A DNA stretch of 63,333 nt, filler included, from Choristocarpus tenellus KU-1152 (Eukaryota; Protista; Phaeophyceae), in assembly GCA_964200185.2 (NCBI GenBank). It is 13 parts of 13 records of this genome, joined end to end, with 100 filler letters (N's around TTAATTAATTAA, not from the genome) between each part and the next. Parts side by side here need not be neighbours in the genome. Positions count along the whole stretch, not along the records: positions 1 to 4,288 come from CAXNAD020015274.1; positions 4,389 to 11,416 come from CAXNAD020006823.1; positions 11,517 to 15,818 come from CAXNAD020015218.1; 10 more parts are not named here. One strand, 5' to 3'. Below, one piece after another: positions 1-13,250 of this stretch. Position 1 is the first letter of the stretch. The number at the start of each line of letters is the position of its first letter. The translations under genes and the position numbers were made by a program. The notes below the pieces were generated by a model, which saw only the letters and a list, made by a program, of their open reading frames with translations, searched no databases and had not been told where the DNA came from.

Positions 1-329
1 CCCCCCCCCCCCCCCCAGATACTTTGACCCTGACATCACACCAGTCACTCCATACCACACCATCAAACTATTATTTTGTTACCACCAAACCAACTACGGA
101 GCACTTCCCGCTGAAGATATCAGTACACAAACCAGTGCGGTCAATTTTTCCGCCAATGGTATACGGTGACCAACCAATGCGACCATTTTTTTAATTTTCA
201 CCGCTGCTTTCCAGTGAAAGAACAACCCAGTCATCAAACAGTACGGATAATTTATGCCAGTGGTATCCGATCACCAAACAGTAGAATCGATTTACACGAA
301 TCCACTCCCACATCAATCCTCCCAACCAC

Positions 330-3300
330 TACATCTTCATCCACTCCCATACTGTGCCATTGACTAAAAGACATCTGCCCTGCAAAGCTTGACCTCCCCA
401 TCAGGTTGATATTGTATCTGGTTCCGAGGCAATATCTCTTGTATCAGTTCTTTCCGGTCCCTCCTACTCTCTTCAAAACCCCTTGACGCTCACACCCAGT
501 CCCACTGTTGAGACTTCCAGTACACTGAAAAAGCTGTTAACTTCCATCTCCCTCTGTCTTACTGACCCAATTGTCGCCATAGCTGCCATCCTCATTGCTT
601 GTCTCTTCCTGCTTTAGAGTGGATCATACTCTCCTGGTTTTTGCCTGGGCTATCCTGCTGTTCTTCTAAATACCATTGTCGCCTGGTTCTTTCTTCATGG
701 TCATCTCTACCTTGTGCTGTCATGTCTGTCCTCCCTGTCATTTGGTTTATCAGTTCACGAGTGATTCCCTACGTCTGCATTATCTCTTCCTATCCCTCCT
801 GACACAGGCGAGACAAGGGGAACATGGAAGAGTATATAGTCACCTGTCCGACATACTTTGGAGGCAGCTGACACATCTCCTATATCCTCCCTTCATACCC
901 GGGGATTACTCTTATCATTTAATCTGTGAACCAGAGTAGTTAGGGTTATTTCAAGCAGTACTTGTATCACCTAGGGAATCCATATCCAGATGTATTCTTC
1001 CCTTTTGGTCTATATTCTGTCATGAGTTGACAACCACTTTCCCCTCTACCACTGTTATTAGTATCATTATTACTATTGGATTTGATTTTAATCATTTTTT
1101 ATTTGTTTATTCCACACCGCAAACTTATCTACCTGGTGGTTATCTTTAAATTCTATCCCACTCCGAAATGACTCGGACTTAAAATGTGTACCTAAGGACA
1201 CTCACCCCCAGCTCTAAACTGCCCTGTGCCTCCTACAAATCTTCAGAACTATCCTTTACCAAGATCATAATGATCAGTGTTGGTAGCTCACTGTTTCGAC
1301 TTGTCACTATCTTGTAAGTGGAAGCATTAGGTATGTGTGGGGGGTGATCTGACATGTTGTATCTTCTGGCTGGAGAACATTAGGTCCGATGTACTCGACC
1401 TATCTGTGACCTTAGCTCTACAGCCCCTTGCAACTAGTCAGGTATCAATGAGAGTTGCTCCAAAAACATTGTTCATGCATGGTGGACATGAGTACTTGGC
1501 GCGATACTTAATGACTTGTCCAAAGGGTTACTCTAAACATAGGGACGGTTACGTATGACATCAATGTATGCTCCTACTAAAGGCGACAATGGCCAGTGAC
1601 TTACCTTGGCATTGGACAAGTTAATAATGTATCTGGTTGGAATCAGTGAGATACGCAATATATTGATAGCTTGTTTTTTTCTATTGTGACAGGAGCCGCA
1701 GTGATTACTACTTCTCACTTAACGCGACCAAATACCCACCCTAGCATACCACTGAGTTCAAAAACACAGTGATGAAATTTACAGATTATCCAGCTATTTG
1801 CCACACGATGATGTGTGATTTGACTTCTACTGACATAGTGTAACCATGTGTACAGCAATATCTACTGCTAGTCACTAATGCTTTTTTTATTAAACATATA
1901 TTTTTGTCAAGTAATCTAGTACTCACCCCATTATTCCACTGGTTTTTCTCCCTTAGTGGTTACCCACGGTTTACCCCCCTATCTACCGCACTCTGATTTT
2001 CCATACTCCATTGATTCCATTCCTGTTGCCAATGGTTGGAAATGCTAGTGGCCAGAACGATAATTTCTATTCCTGATCCAGTCTACATCATATCCCCAAA
2101 GGCGGTTGACATACCAAGCTACCACCCTACATCATGGCCTAATCTGCTCATATGTGCGACTGATGCCAAGGAATACCCCAGCCTGAAACCAAAGCAGCAC
2201 AACAGCTACAACTCCTAATTCTTTTTAGGTTAGATTTTTTTGAGGCACTTGATTAAGGGGGTGTTTATGCCTAGATACTTATGTTCGTATTGAGCTCCCC
2301 ACTCCTAACTCTTTTACAACGTATCAACCTAGTAATAATCATCCCACGATCAGCACTCATCCTCGAATTTCGTCACAAATATCTTCGGGCAAAATACGAA
2401 AGGCGTTGGCGACAGAAATGGCACAATCTATGGCTGGTCAACGTACACCCAATATCCTCCCCCCTTAAAGGCTTTCACATGTATTCCGGCCGGCAGTCAC
2501 TCTATACTTGGGCTAGTCTTGTCCATTTTTCTTTACATATGTCACGGAATATCCTAGTTTTTAAACAAGAGGAGCATATGCTACTACAGATCGCTTAATC
2601 AATACTGTATATCCCTAGCTACCTCCCCATTATAGTCCTAAGTCCTCTAATTGTAGGTTTACGGAGTATCCCCCTAATTACTACAAATAATATTTCATTT
2701 CATCATCTGAGATGCCAAGGGATAACAATATCCTCAACAGGAACCGCACAATCTATGACTGTTCATGTAGGATCCAACGCACCCTGGAGATGAATTTCTC
2801 TTGGTATCCAACCTTTCTCGAGTCTACTGTTGTATGTCCTACCCTGTCAGTTCTATGATGAATGTCCTGAACACTAGCCTTCGCTACTAGAGCTGCACTA
2901 GCTACTACTATTGGATTATGCCTGGTTACAAATTGATGAATCCATCTCTATGCACCACCCTAGCACGATGCTCAGTCCTCAACTATTGACTTCATTTTGG
3001 ATCGCCCCAGGTGCCACCCTACGAGATGTCCGACAATGTCACTTTCATCATCACCCTCGTCCAGTTCCCACCGTAAACAGGTGGTTAAACACCCTCCACT
3101 ATTACGCCAGTCAATGTCAGTATCCCCCCAAATACCTAGGAAATTTGCCTAGATCGTTTTTTGCTGGTATCCTTGCGTCTCTTGCTTTTGATGTCGGACA
3201 CTCCCCTTCGCCCCTGTGGGAAAGATTGCTCAGAACCTGCCTCGACCTTGACCCCTTTTATCCTCCAACCCCTGTCTTTGACTTTTCCTTTTATTTTTTC

Positions 3301-3480
3301 CCTTCCTCCCTATATTTCTTCTTTCTTACGCTCATCTTCTACTAACTTCTCCGATACACAATCTGCTTTATACCATGAACTAATTGACCCTTTCGTCTAC
3401 CCTTCCTACCTTTTTCTTCTTCCCTTGCCACTACGTCATAAGATTACCAATGTACTACTACTACGAATTCTCATACTCAC
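330..3480 (-). mobile_element. Heavily decayed non-LTR retrotransposon (LINE) remnant
   Basis: Purine-rich minus strand over ~3 kb. Degenerate RT-like fragments (GFRLGYS near 2180, AFGD near 2100) and a C-terminal CxxC (RRCVSC near 870), with many stops and frameshifts. Confidence 0.35.
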
Positions 3481-4288
3481 ATGACTCAGATTACTTCATA
3501 ATCTTTCCCTTACTACTCAATTATAAGATACAAGATACAAGATACAAGACACAAGTAGAATAAATGGAAAAAACAGAGGCAAATCCACGACATCGTGGTT
3601 TGAGCCGACTATAGCAAAAATATTACTTGGCCCGTGGTAGATAAAATGTTTTATCATGGCCGAGTCCATGCTCATAACTACTCAACCTGGCCAGGGCCGC
3701 AAACGGCCCATGTACAACGAAGTTAAACATGACCTGACCGAGTCCACGGCCATTGACCGTTTCAATATGGTTGGTCCGTCCCACGGCCATATGGTCAACA
3801 GTGGACATATAAACTGCCCAGCCCTGTGAAAGCCCTGAAATTGTTGGGCATTTTATTCTTCTGCAAGGTGCAACAAGAGTGACATTTCCTGTTACCGAGA
3901 TTTCGTCCTGGCAAGGGTCTAACCAAGGATTGCTCAATCTGGTGTGATGTTGTGCGTGTGTGCATCCCTTGTGGGGCATTTTTGAGGAAAATGGAGAGGA
4001 GAAATGTTTTATTTCAGTCCGAATCGCTACCGCGAAAATCTGTGTGCAGAAGGGTGCAGTGCACTACCTCGATTTCCTCTCCCCCCAATGATCGATACAA
4101 CCACTTCAGCCAATGTATCTTAGAGGGTAGAGTCGTGTCCATTTCGGGACCAAAATCCAATGTTGTGATTTTGATGTAACATTGGCTATTGTGTTTGCTA
4201 GTAAGTGCCCCAGAGAGCTTACCTCCCCAGGATGTATAGCTCCAATCTACGGGCCTATAGGTGATTCTGATGTACGTATAGGACTCCT

Positions 4289-4388
4289 NNNNNNNNNNNN
4301 NNNNNNNNNNNNNNNNNNNNNNNNNNNNNNNNTTAATTAATTAANNNNNNNNNNNNNNNNNNNNNNNNNNNNNNNNNNNNNNNNNNNN
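4289..4388. other. Artificial contig-joining spacer N44-TTAATTAATTAA-N44; identical spacers at 11417-11516, 15819-15918, 22687-22786, 26777-26876, 30051-30150, 33426-33525, 37098-37197, 45189-45288, 53322-53421, 57270-57369, 60071-60170
   Basis: The same 100-nt structure occurs 12 times. TTAATTAATTAA places stop codons in all six frames, a common concatenation linker. Confidence 0.97.
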
Positions 4389-5069
4389 CCAACCCTCAAA
4401 TGGACAAACAGGGAAAAACTCGTACCCTCTAAGATACTTTCACTCTCAAGCTCCCCCCCCCCTTTCGCAAAAGCAGGGGCAACCTCTCCTACTGGGGCAA
4501 GACTGGGGTCCTTAACGGACAGTCAGGTCAGGTTATGTGTAGTAACTATGGCACCGATTGAAGTAAGAACACGGTACGCATCACGGTGGTGATTGATCCC
4601 CGGCCCCAGATAAAAACACCATTGAGCCTTTTGGAAAGTCTTACGGGTCTTACAGAGACGGCAAAAACTAGGTTGAAGAAATTGGTAGGTAAACAGGAGT
4701 GCAGGAGTGCCACACCACATTTCATATGGTGATTTACAACCAGGGTTAGCCTTGGTCGATGTGCGATTGAGCGAGACACAGACATAGTGAGTCTGTCTTG
4801 GGGATAGTGACATGGGGGAAAGGTAGTGGAGCTTGAAGGCGGGCGGTTAATGAATCTTCATAAATAATACCCAGCCAGCAACCCCAATAAAATGAGGGCT
4901 GTCTGGAGGTGTGAACCCCTGTTGTTTAAGCACACGTTCACGACAAATAGAGCGCCGAAAGCACCCTCATAAAGCTCCCCCCCATTATCAGACTGCACGC
5001 ACATGACCCGAGAGGGAGAACCGTCTATCGTCCATGTACTTCTTGAAGGCTTCAGCAGCATCCAACTTA

Positions 5070-5325
5070 GAGTCAAAGTATCTTAAAGGGTAGAGCCGTG
5101 ACCATTTGGGAGCTAAAATCCAAAGTTGCGATTTTGATGTAATTTTGTCTATCATGTTTGTTAGGAAGTGTCGATATCCTTGTTCCGAACACACCATTTA
5201 TAACATGCACATTTTTCCTACTCCAAAACATTTGAGAGTAGGAATATGTAAAAAAACACTGTGGGAAGCCAAGCCCCAGACGGACAAACAGGGCAAAATT
5301 CGTACCCTCTAACATACTTTCACTT
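5070..5325. mobile_element. MITE family A (~255 bp) inserted in the Copia integrase; TSD TTA
   Basis: TIR GAGT(C/G)AAAGTATCTTAGAGGGTA. Removing it plus one TTA restores WLYFLRAKLDAAEAF in frame. Confidence 0.92.
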
Positions 5326-5454
5326 TTAGCACGAAGGAAATACAACCAAACAAAACGAGAATAGTCGTCGTGGATTATCATGGTGTATTGTTTACCGCCG
5401 ATTGAAAGGGCAGCCCTCTTCCCAATTAGATCGACAAAAACCCGACCCAGCTTT

Positions 5455-5632
5455 GACCCAAAGTATCTGGTGGGGGGGGGGGGGTCTACACCAGAGGGTC
5501 CATTTGATCCAAAACCAGGAAAAGTGCGCTTTCATTATCCATCCAATGTATGGAACAATCACCCAAAAATCTCGACATGAAAAAATTGGCCTCAGATGGA
5601 CAGCTGCTACCCCCCCCTAGATACTTTAAGTC
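5455..5632. mobile_element. MITE family B (~180 bp, G/C-tract TIRs) inserted in the Copia integrase; TSD TTT
   Basis: TIR GACCCAAAGTATCTGG(G)n...(C)nAGATACTTTAAGTC. Removal restores TRALRKLGRVFVDL in frame. Confidence 0.92.
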
Positions 5633-7723
5633 TTTCTCAGCGCTCTTGTAGACATGCTGGATGGGACACCCTTCCGGATGCCCTTGCTCATAGAGCAGCC
5701 CGCATATGGCTCCAGTTCACCTACCATTGTAATACCCATTGAAATGGCGGTGGACTTGAGCAATGCCTCGTGTATGTGGCCATAAGAGCGATGAAAGATG
5801 TTAATGTTGACCTCAATGTAGGGAGCGTGAGGTGCAAGCGAGGGGGCTATGGTGGCCTTCAAAGCAACTTCGGCCTTTCGATCTCGTCGCGGGAATATGC
5901 GTTGACCATGGAGGGTACAATGACAACCAGGATCTCTAGTGAAAGTAAATTTGCCATCAAGTAACGAAAGTGTACTAGCTGTGCAAGTGCATTTCGCACC
6001 CATATCTGCTGCGGTTTGGCAAGAAAAAATTAAGTCCAAGATTTGGGACATGTGCGATATTACAGAGGAGTGAGTATCTCTACTTCCTTGTTGTCACGCG
6101 AGGGAAACAAGATGGTTAGATCACCATGACCAGCGATACGAAAAGAATTCTGACAGGCAGTGATTACCCTTCGATCTACTACACAGGGCTTGTAGTTGGT
6201 CATGCACGCTATCATGTTTATCATGTGACATGTAGCCGCACTGTCGAAAATCCACTCTTCTCTTTCGTGGCTAACTTCAACACTTGACACCAAACGTTCA
6301 TCTACCCCACACTTGCCTTGGGCATTGCTGCTCGGAGAGTCATCAGTGGCGGCCAGTAGTGCGTAACGCCTGTTGTTGTCGCTACTTGTTGCACTTTCCG
6401 CAGTACTGTGAGAAGGTTTCGCCTCGGTCTAGGTCCTTACTTTCCCTGGCTCCACCGTAGTCATGAACACATTAAGTACATGTTGTAGCATCATGGGCAC
6501 GTCCACCACGCTTGGTGTATCATGGGCTTGGGCAAGCTACCTTCTCATGTCCATTGTCACCACACCTCTCACAAGGAATCATCTCGGAACTTTTGGGGTT
6601 GGAATTCGAACAATTTTTCTTTCTTCCACCATGAAATTTACGTTCCACCCCACGACCTTGGCCATTACGATGAGACTGACTCTTCCTCTGTGATAAGCTG
6701 CTAACAACCAAAGCGTGGCTGTTCTTGTGTCTTGACTCCTTCCCCTCATGAAGGGAAGCATAACGCTCTTGGACTGTCTTCTCTATGTCTGCTCGACATA
6801 GTGTCCTCTGCGATGCTGTCATGTGTATCTTGGTATCTTAATTTGATCCGAGCGCACTGAGAAACGGTAGGAGCAGCAGCTCGACCGAGATGACGAGGTC
6901 CATTGATAGCATCCTCCCCCGTAGTTCCTCCAATTGGGTTAAGGTCAGGAGCGGATTTGCCCCCTTCTCTTCCTTCGAAGAGAAAACTCATGGAACAAAT
7001 GTTAGCTATTACCCACTGTATTAGGCACGAACCAATCATCTACTGCTCGGAAAACCTCGCTCGGGCTTTGGTGCGTATAGCACAGAGATCCCTGGTGGTG
7101 GGTGCGACAAGAGCAACGGTAAGTTCATAGTAAGCCTCTTCGGCCATCCAGATATCATTCGCACAGAACCCATCCGAGAGAATTTCCTCATAGGAGTGTT
7201 CTTGGTTAACTGGTCTTTCACTTGTCAATGCACCCAGGCAGCGGGTATATCGACAACGCAAGATGAAACGCCTCCGCCAGTCCTGGTAGTCCGAGTCGTC
7301 CAATAAGTTTGGTGACTGAGCCCTCGATATCTTAGAGTGAACAACATATGTGCCTCACCCCAAACTCACTGAAGGACCGAACCTATGACTCGCCCCACTT
7401 CTGAAGCTAACAACATCCGAACTGTTTCCCTTCTCTGGGAAATGTTCCCTCACCATGGGTTCCATAGGACCCACTTCGACTGATACATGCCCAGCTGGAG
7501 GCCGTGTGCTGTGCACAGTGGCCTGGACGACGGGATGATTTCCGTCGCCGACTCTCTCAGACTGCAACATGAAATTGCCAACATTTCTTGACAGATTCGC
7601 TAACGTCGCCATAAACTGCCGAAATCTTGAACAGATGGGCCCTCGGCAGGAACAGGTAGAATCTCATCTCCATCTGAAGGCATGATGAAATGACGGATTA
7701 GAAACCTAAAGTTCAATATATTG

Positions 7724-7982
7724 TGTTGAAATATTGACCAAGTCATAAAATATAATAAAGGTGATACGCGCAGGGAGATTGCTTGATGTCTGTAGAGCGA
7801 TTAACGTTAAGTGGGGTATGTGCAGCTCCCCATAAAATCAGATATATTTCCCTTTATATGAGAAATGTTCTCATATAACAAATTACTAATAAAAGGTTCT
7901 GATCAAAGATTGTTCTCACTCCAAATGTAATCACCAGAACTGTCCGATAGAGTTGGAAGTGTCTGATTGAATAGCTGCAACA
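7724..7982 (-). repeat. Probable 5' LTR (259 bp) of the Copia element
   Basis: TGTTG...CAACA inverted termini just upstream of gag on the minus strand. The second LTR is not in the contig, so the boundary is unconfirmed. Confidence 0.6.
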
Positions 7983-8234
7983 TACAGGGGAGTACTGCTA
8001 GTCCGCCACACTGTACATGCCATAAGCGTCGCTTATAGCAGCTATCTTTATGGCATTTGAGGCGTCGTCGATCCTTTTGTCGCCAGCGAAATGAAGCGCA
8101 TGTGCAAATTGTATATGAGCTCCAACAAGCGCAAGGCTTTGAGTCCTCCAGTCCGTGACAACATGGTGTCGAAGTGCCACGATAACAAGAACAAGGGCCA
8201 GAGGCGAAGGTCTTGCCAAATATATCTACAGAGA

Positions 8235-8491
8235 GTGTGAAAGTATCTTAGAGGGTACCAGTTTTGCCCTGTTTGTTCGTTTGGAGCTTGGCTTCACATG
8301 GGGTTTTTTATTGCATTTTCCTACTCCAAAATATATCAGAGTAGATAAAATATGTACGTTATGAAAAGGTGGTCCGGAACAAGGATATTGACACTTCCTA
8401 ACAACACGATAGACAAAATTACATCGAAATCGCAACATTGGATTTTGGCCCCCAAATGGATGCGGCTCTACCCTCTAAGATACTTTGACTC
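8235..8491. mobile_element. MITE family A copy
   Basis: Both TIRs and the shared internal sequence are present; left end slightly altered, CAG occurs at both flanks. Confidence 0.9.
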
Positions 8492-8698
8492 CAGGACACA
8501 CTTCCTACAAACCTCGCAGTGCCGACAATCGTAATTGCTTGAGCTTTGCAGAGAAGGTGGAAGCGTTGACACTCCTGAAGATCATGACGCGAACTGCGGT
8601 TGCTCAAAGGCGTGGAATCCGTCTCAGTCTCAGACTTCCATCGACACAGTGAGAGCGTGGATTGGTCTTGAAGGCAACTCTGAAGTGGCCAATGCGAT

Positions 8699-8877
8699 GA
8701 CCCAAAGTATCTGGGGGGGAGGGGGGTCTACATCAGGGTGTCCATTTGGGGGCATAACAAGGAAAAGTGCGTTTACATTATCCATCCGAAGTATGCAACC
8801 AAATCACGCAAAAATCGCGACGTGGATAAAATTGACCCCAAATGGACAGCCGCCACCCCCCCCAGATACTTTGAGCC
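8699..8877. mobile_element. MITE family B copy; TSD GAT
   Basis: GACCCAAAGTATCTGGGG...CCCCAGATACTTTGAGCC flanked by GAT on both sides. Confidence 0.92.
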
Positions 8878-9300
8878 GATACTAGAGGACATGAAAGATC
8901 AGCTGCTCTAGGGATTCTTGTACTGGTCAGACAATGAAATCTCGAGTAGCGTGGACGACGATGGATTTATGGGAGGGGGCAGTGCATTGGGGGCTGTGAG
9001 GAAAGGAGCAGCCTCTTCAGTGTCCTCGATTCCTCCACCATTGTACTATCAAGTAGCTGACGAGTTAGTAAGCTTAGAAACAACCGCAGAAGAGTGCAGA
9101 ATGAACAATGTTTTCGTACCATCTCCGGAAAGCAAAGCTGGCTTGGCTCAGTGCAATCGGGCAAGGGCAATCAAACAAGCTGAAATCCCTGATTTTTTTG
9201 GCAGTCGCGATTTTTTTTTTTGCGAATATGTTGTTTTACTCAATCGGTGCGATGGGAGGGTGCATGGGGGTGCAGCAGCATTCGATTCACGGTGGCATTT

Positions 9301-9558
9301 GAGTCAATGTATCTTAAAGGGTAGAACCGCATCCCTTTGGAGGTAAAAATTCAATGCTGTAATTTTGATGTAATTTTGGCGATCATGTTTGTTGGGAAAT
9401 GTCAATATCCTTGTTCCGGACACACCTTTCCATAACATACACATTTTACCTACACCAGATCATTTTGGAGAAGGTAAAATATCATTAAAAAACTGTGGGA
9501 AACCAAGCCCCAAATGGACAAATAGGGAAAAATTGAATCCTCTAAGATTCTTTCACTC
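9301..9558. mobile_element. MITE family A copy (older, no clean TSD)
   Basis: GAGTCAATGTATCTTAAAGGG...CTCTAAGATTCTTTCACTC with family A interior. Confidence 0.88.
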
Positions 9559-10814
9559 ATAAAACTTTGATATTATACTGTATAATATCGTTGCAGAGTG
9601 CAATTGAATACGTGTGGCAGGGCATTGAACAGAGATTGATTTTGAACGACGATTCGATTTGAACTGCGAGTCAACTGTTCAGTCATCCAACGGCTTGCAG
9701 ATCCTTTTCTTGGAAGGTGTACCATACATATGAGTGAATACATGGTAATGAGTTTGATTTACCAAAGTTACAGTATTGTATACATATGACACTGGTATAC
9801 TGTGCAAGGGGCAGTGTCGATGTGGTGCTTGCTGTACCACCACAGCTTCATCGAAATGGACTCACAATGTACATATAACTTCTCTTGAAGGCACACGGGC
9901 AGCACATACAACAAGGGCGTCGCCTGTCGTCGTTCGGGGACAAGTATGAAGTGCTTACGAGCACTATTATCACGATTTATAAATTTTAGAGAAAAGCGCT
10001 CTTATATAAAATAAGAGAGGATCGGGATATAAGAGAGTTTTTTTTCGCTTTCCCCCTCTCTTATATACGTACACACTCTATACTTGAAAATGTTTGTCAC
10101 AGTTCGGAAAATATCCTACACCAATTTGAAACCCCCACTGAAATTTGCACATAACTGTGGGCATCCATAAATTCAGGTCTGGGTACCTCTCGTTTACTTC
10201 GACTTTGAAACAGAACAGACCACTCTAGAATATGAAGCAAAGAATAACACTGTTTGTCAAGTCTCGTGATGAGTAGCTCGCGAATTTCATATTTCATTCT
10301 CAGCTATAGCTGAGGACGGCAGAACAGACACTCATGTTATTCCATAGATGTTGATGTTACCGAGAGCACAGGGACTCTGCTTGTCACCTCCCCCAGGTGC
10401 AGCATCTTGTGTATCTCTGTTGCGCCAATGTATCCAACCAGCAATTGCGACAAAGTGATCGCCACCGGTAGCTGCAAATCCTCATTGATTGGTAGTACCT
10501 GAGGCCGTTAGGATGGCGATCACGCCCCTTTTATCTCGAGATAGGCTTGTGACGCAATGGTGATGACGAAGGGTGTGACCCGTTCGAAGATATACGATTG
10601 GGGTGTGCGAGCAGAGGAAGTACATGAAATGGTGTAGTCTCTGATTCGCACTAATTCTACTGGTTCCCAAGCAGGGCAGATGCTGATTGAGGATCCTTCA
10701 TTGAGATGAAAAATAGCAAGCGCATATGAAGTTTTAAGTAGGGTACCTGTGAGAGACACCTCTTTCTGTGAGTTTTGTGGCATTCTGGAGAGGCCACCCA
10801 TGGATGGAAGAGAT

Positions 10815-10992
10815 AGCTCAAATTATCTGTGGGGGGTGGGGATCTACACCTGGGTGTCCATTCGGGCCCTGACCAGGAGAAGTGCACTTACATTTTCCAT
10901 CCAACGCATCCAATCAAATCACCCAAAAATCGCGACATGGAAAAAAGGGCCCCGAATGAACGGCCACTATCCCCCCCCAGATACTTTGAGCC
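10815..10992. mobile_element. MITE family B copy; TSD AGAT
   Basis: TIRs and family B interior; AGAT on both flanks. Confidence 0.9.
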
Positions 10993-11088
10993 AGATCCCC
11001 CCTGCTTGTGCCAGTCACATAGACTGTACTTGGGTCCCCTGCGGCTTCTGTCGTGCTAGAACTTGACCTCTGCGTAGCTGACGAAGAG

Positions 11089-11416
11089 GAGTGAAAGTAT
11101 CTTAGAGGGTAGGAGGTTTGCCCTGTTTGTCCATTTGAGGCTTGGACTCCCACGGTTTTTTATGACATTTTACCTACTCCAAAATGTTTTAGAGTGGGCG
11201 AAATGTACATGTTATGAAAAGGTGTGTCTGGAACAAGGATATTGGGGTCAAAGTAGCTGGGGGGGGGTGTCGGCATCCGTTTTTCACCCTTTTGTCGATT
11301 TCCACTTTTTTGGTGTGATTTGGTTGCACGTGTTGGATTTGAAATGTCTACAAAAAAAATAGTTGTTTGACCGAAACGGACGCCCCCGCACATACCCCCC
11401 CACCCCCACGCATGGC
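11089..11416. mobile_element. MITE A (11089-11244) interrupted by a B-variant MITE (from 11245 to contig end)
   Basis: Family A sequence stops at GGATATTG and switches to GGGTCAAAGTAGCTGGGG. The same B-variant interior occurs at 45289-45361. Confidence 0.85.
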
Positions 11417-11749
11417 NNNNNNNNNNNNNNNNNNNNNNNNNNNNNNNNNNNNNNNNNNNNTTAATTAATTAANNNNNNNNNNNNNNNNNNNNNNNNNNNN
11501 NNNNNNNNNNNNNNNNTGTACAAGACCTTTAAGTCTCAAAGGAGGCCTGCACCTTCAGAATACCTCATTTGACTTGCCATGGATTGCCTGGTTCAGAGGC
11601 CTCGGCCCCCATGAGTGAGCCTTAGCCAGCAGGTGACAACATCGCATAAACGGGAAATAACGGAATGAGAGTGGAGAGACAACAACGCCCATGTTCTCCG
11701 GGTGAAATACTTGATTTATGTATGGTACTGTATTTCTCACGATTGTTGT

Positions 11750-11893
11750 AAGTTGATCAACCGAGACCCATCAAATAAGGTAAAGCATGCTGATGCGATC
11801 ACAACAAATTAATTTTCATGAAAAAATTCGCTGTTGATCAAAGGTTATGGCACGACGAAGTTGATACAGGAGGCGACTGCCAACACTACAGTA
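11750..11893. repeat. Dispersed repeat (probable DNA-transposon end); second copy at 45378-45523
   Basis: Shared AAGTTGA(T/C)CAACCGA..CCCATCAAATAAGGT...GTTATGGCACGAC..AGTTGATACAGGA...CTGCCAACACT. Confidence 0.8.
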
Positions 11894-13103
11894 AGCAATA
11901 CAGTTAGGGCCTTTATTTTTCCAAACGAATCCATTTTGCTAACTCTATTTTCGTTGTTGTGTTAGTGGGTATATGTATGTATGACAAACAAAAAATGTTA
12001 GTGGGTGTAACACATATAAATATATATAATACAGCAATCCCAACTGAATCTATATTACTCAGAAGGTATGGTGGGTAAAATTGAAATGTCTTATCAAAAA
12101 TATATATGTTGATAGTATTTGTATTAAAAATATACACATGTAAGTAGGGTGCGATATACGAAGTTAGTTGTTGTAACGCATAGTAGACCATTATTCAAAG
12201 AAGTATATTTGTTTTTTATTCAACAATACTCTGGAGTAGTATATCAAACACTGCGTACGCTAGTACTAAGTGGCACTACTGTAGTGTTTCCTTTTCTCTC
12301 TCAGGCGAGAGCCCATTAAGTAAAACATTAATAATGACTTCTACAGGCTTCATTTATAATGCTAAATACACCCCAAGAGCTGACTGGATTTTCTAATTCC
12401 TGTCGAAAATTATCGAATAGAGAAATCAATGCTCTCAAATCAATATTTGTAGTACATCATAAATATAAACATGGGCGAATCTCAGAAGATAAAAAAGTGA
12501 CTTAAAATGCAAAACGCCCAAAACCTGCATACCTCTCGTTTACTTTGTCTCCAACTTGCTCACATTGTAAGGCAAGCTCAATATCTGATGCATGGAGTCT
12601 TTTGTACCACCAGTCAAAGGCATTCCTTTACATATAAGTCCTGCACAGAGAAAACAAAATTATATACATTTGAACTAGGCAAAACACTATCATCATGATC
12701 AGATTATATATAATGGTAAACGGTCTCCAAGTCAGTCTGTCATGTCTAGCGATGGTTGGAGACCTGGATGCAGAAAAAGGTGAGTGTTTGAAATGTTCTG
12801 GCATTGCTACTACTACTATTAATATCATCAATTGTAGGGTTTTGAAATAATCGTTTTAAATATCGAAAAAAATAGGTTTTGACAACAAAAAATAATAAAC
12901 CCGTTGTTTGGGGAAGGATGGAGGGTACTGTTGTCCAGTCGATGGAAGTTGGTGTGGGTAAGGGATATTTCTTGTTTCCATCCCAACACAAGGAAACAAA
13001 TGACAACAATATGTCGATGAAATATATAAAGGGGGGGGTTTCTGGAATGTATAGAAAGTTACAATAATATTATTTTGCCCTGGAGGAGTATATAGTGAGT
13101 TAA

Positions 13104-13250
13104 ACCAACTGAGATGTAGCATTTTAAGGATCTGGAGAACGGGCAAAAGTTGCAATTTCGTACAAATACAGAAGGCCCTCGCTGAATTGTGATGTCGCAT
13201 TGTGTGTGGAAAGGGAATATCAATTTTCATGCACTCTTTAGCACATGAGA
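13104..13250. repeat. Dispersed repeat; diverged second copy at ~32453-32615
   Basis: Shared CCAACTGAGA...ATTTTAAGGATC...GTACAA...GTGTGTGGAA blocks in the same order. Confidence 0.65.

Larger units (their letters stand above)
4447..7982 (-). mobile_element. Ty1/Copia LTR retrotransposon, degenerate, 5' portion (5' LTR, gag, protease, GAG-pre-integrase, integrase); 3' part missing near the contig end
   Basis: Minus-strand gag from 7612; zinc knuckle CERCGDNGHEKVAC (~6530-6575); protease WIFDSAATCHM (~6225-6257); FHRSYGH pre-integrase; integrase RVFVDL..G / IHDDYSRFVWLYFL / QSDNGGE / LNRTSTKANP..KSPYEMW. Stops, frameshifts and two MITE insertions. Confidence 0.93.
8115..9200 (+). mobile_element. 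Internally deleted pogo/Tigger-like DNA transposon remnant, interrupted by MITEs A and B
   Basis: After MITE removal: CENP-B/psq-like HTH RNCLSFAEKVEALTLLKIMTRTAVAQRRGI joined to an acidic C-terminal region ending KQAEIPDFF (PIP-box-like pogo tail). No DDE domain between them. Confidence 0.6.

Noticed and set aside
4333-4344. TTAATTAATTAA as a biological motif or piggyBac site
   Set aside because: Always centred in 44+44 Ns; it is an assembly linker.
10300-10750. Exon-like segments here and at 12700-12780, 14170-14430 and 62500-63000
   Set aside because: Splice-like ends are present, but stops occur in candidate frames or no product is recognisable; too weak to annotate.
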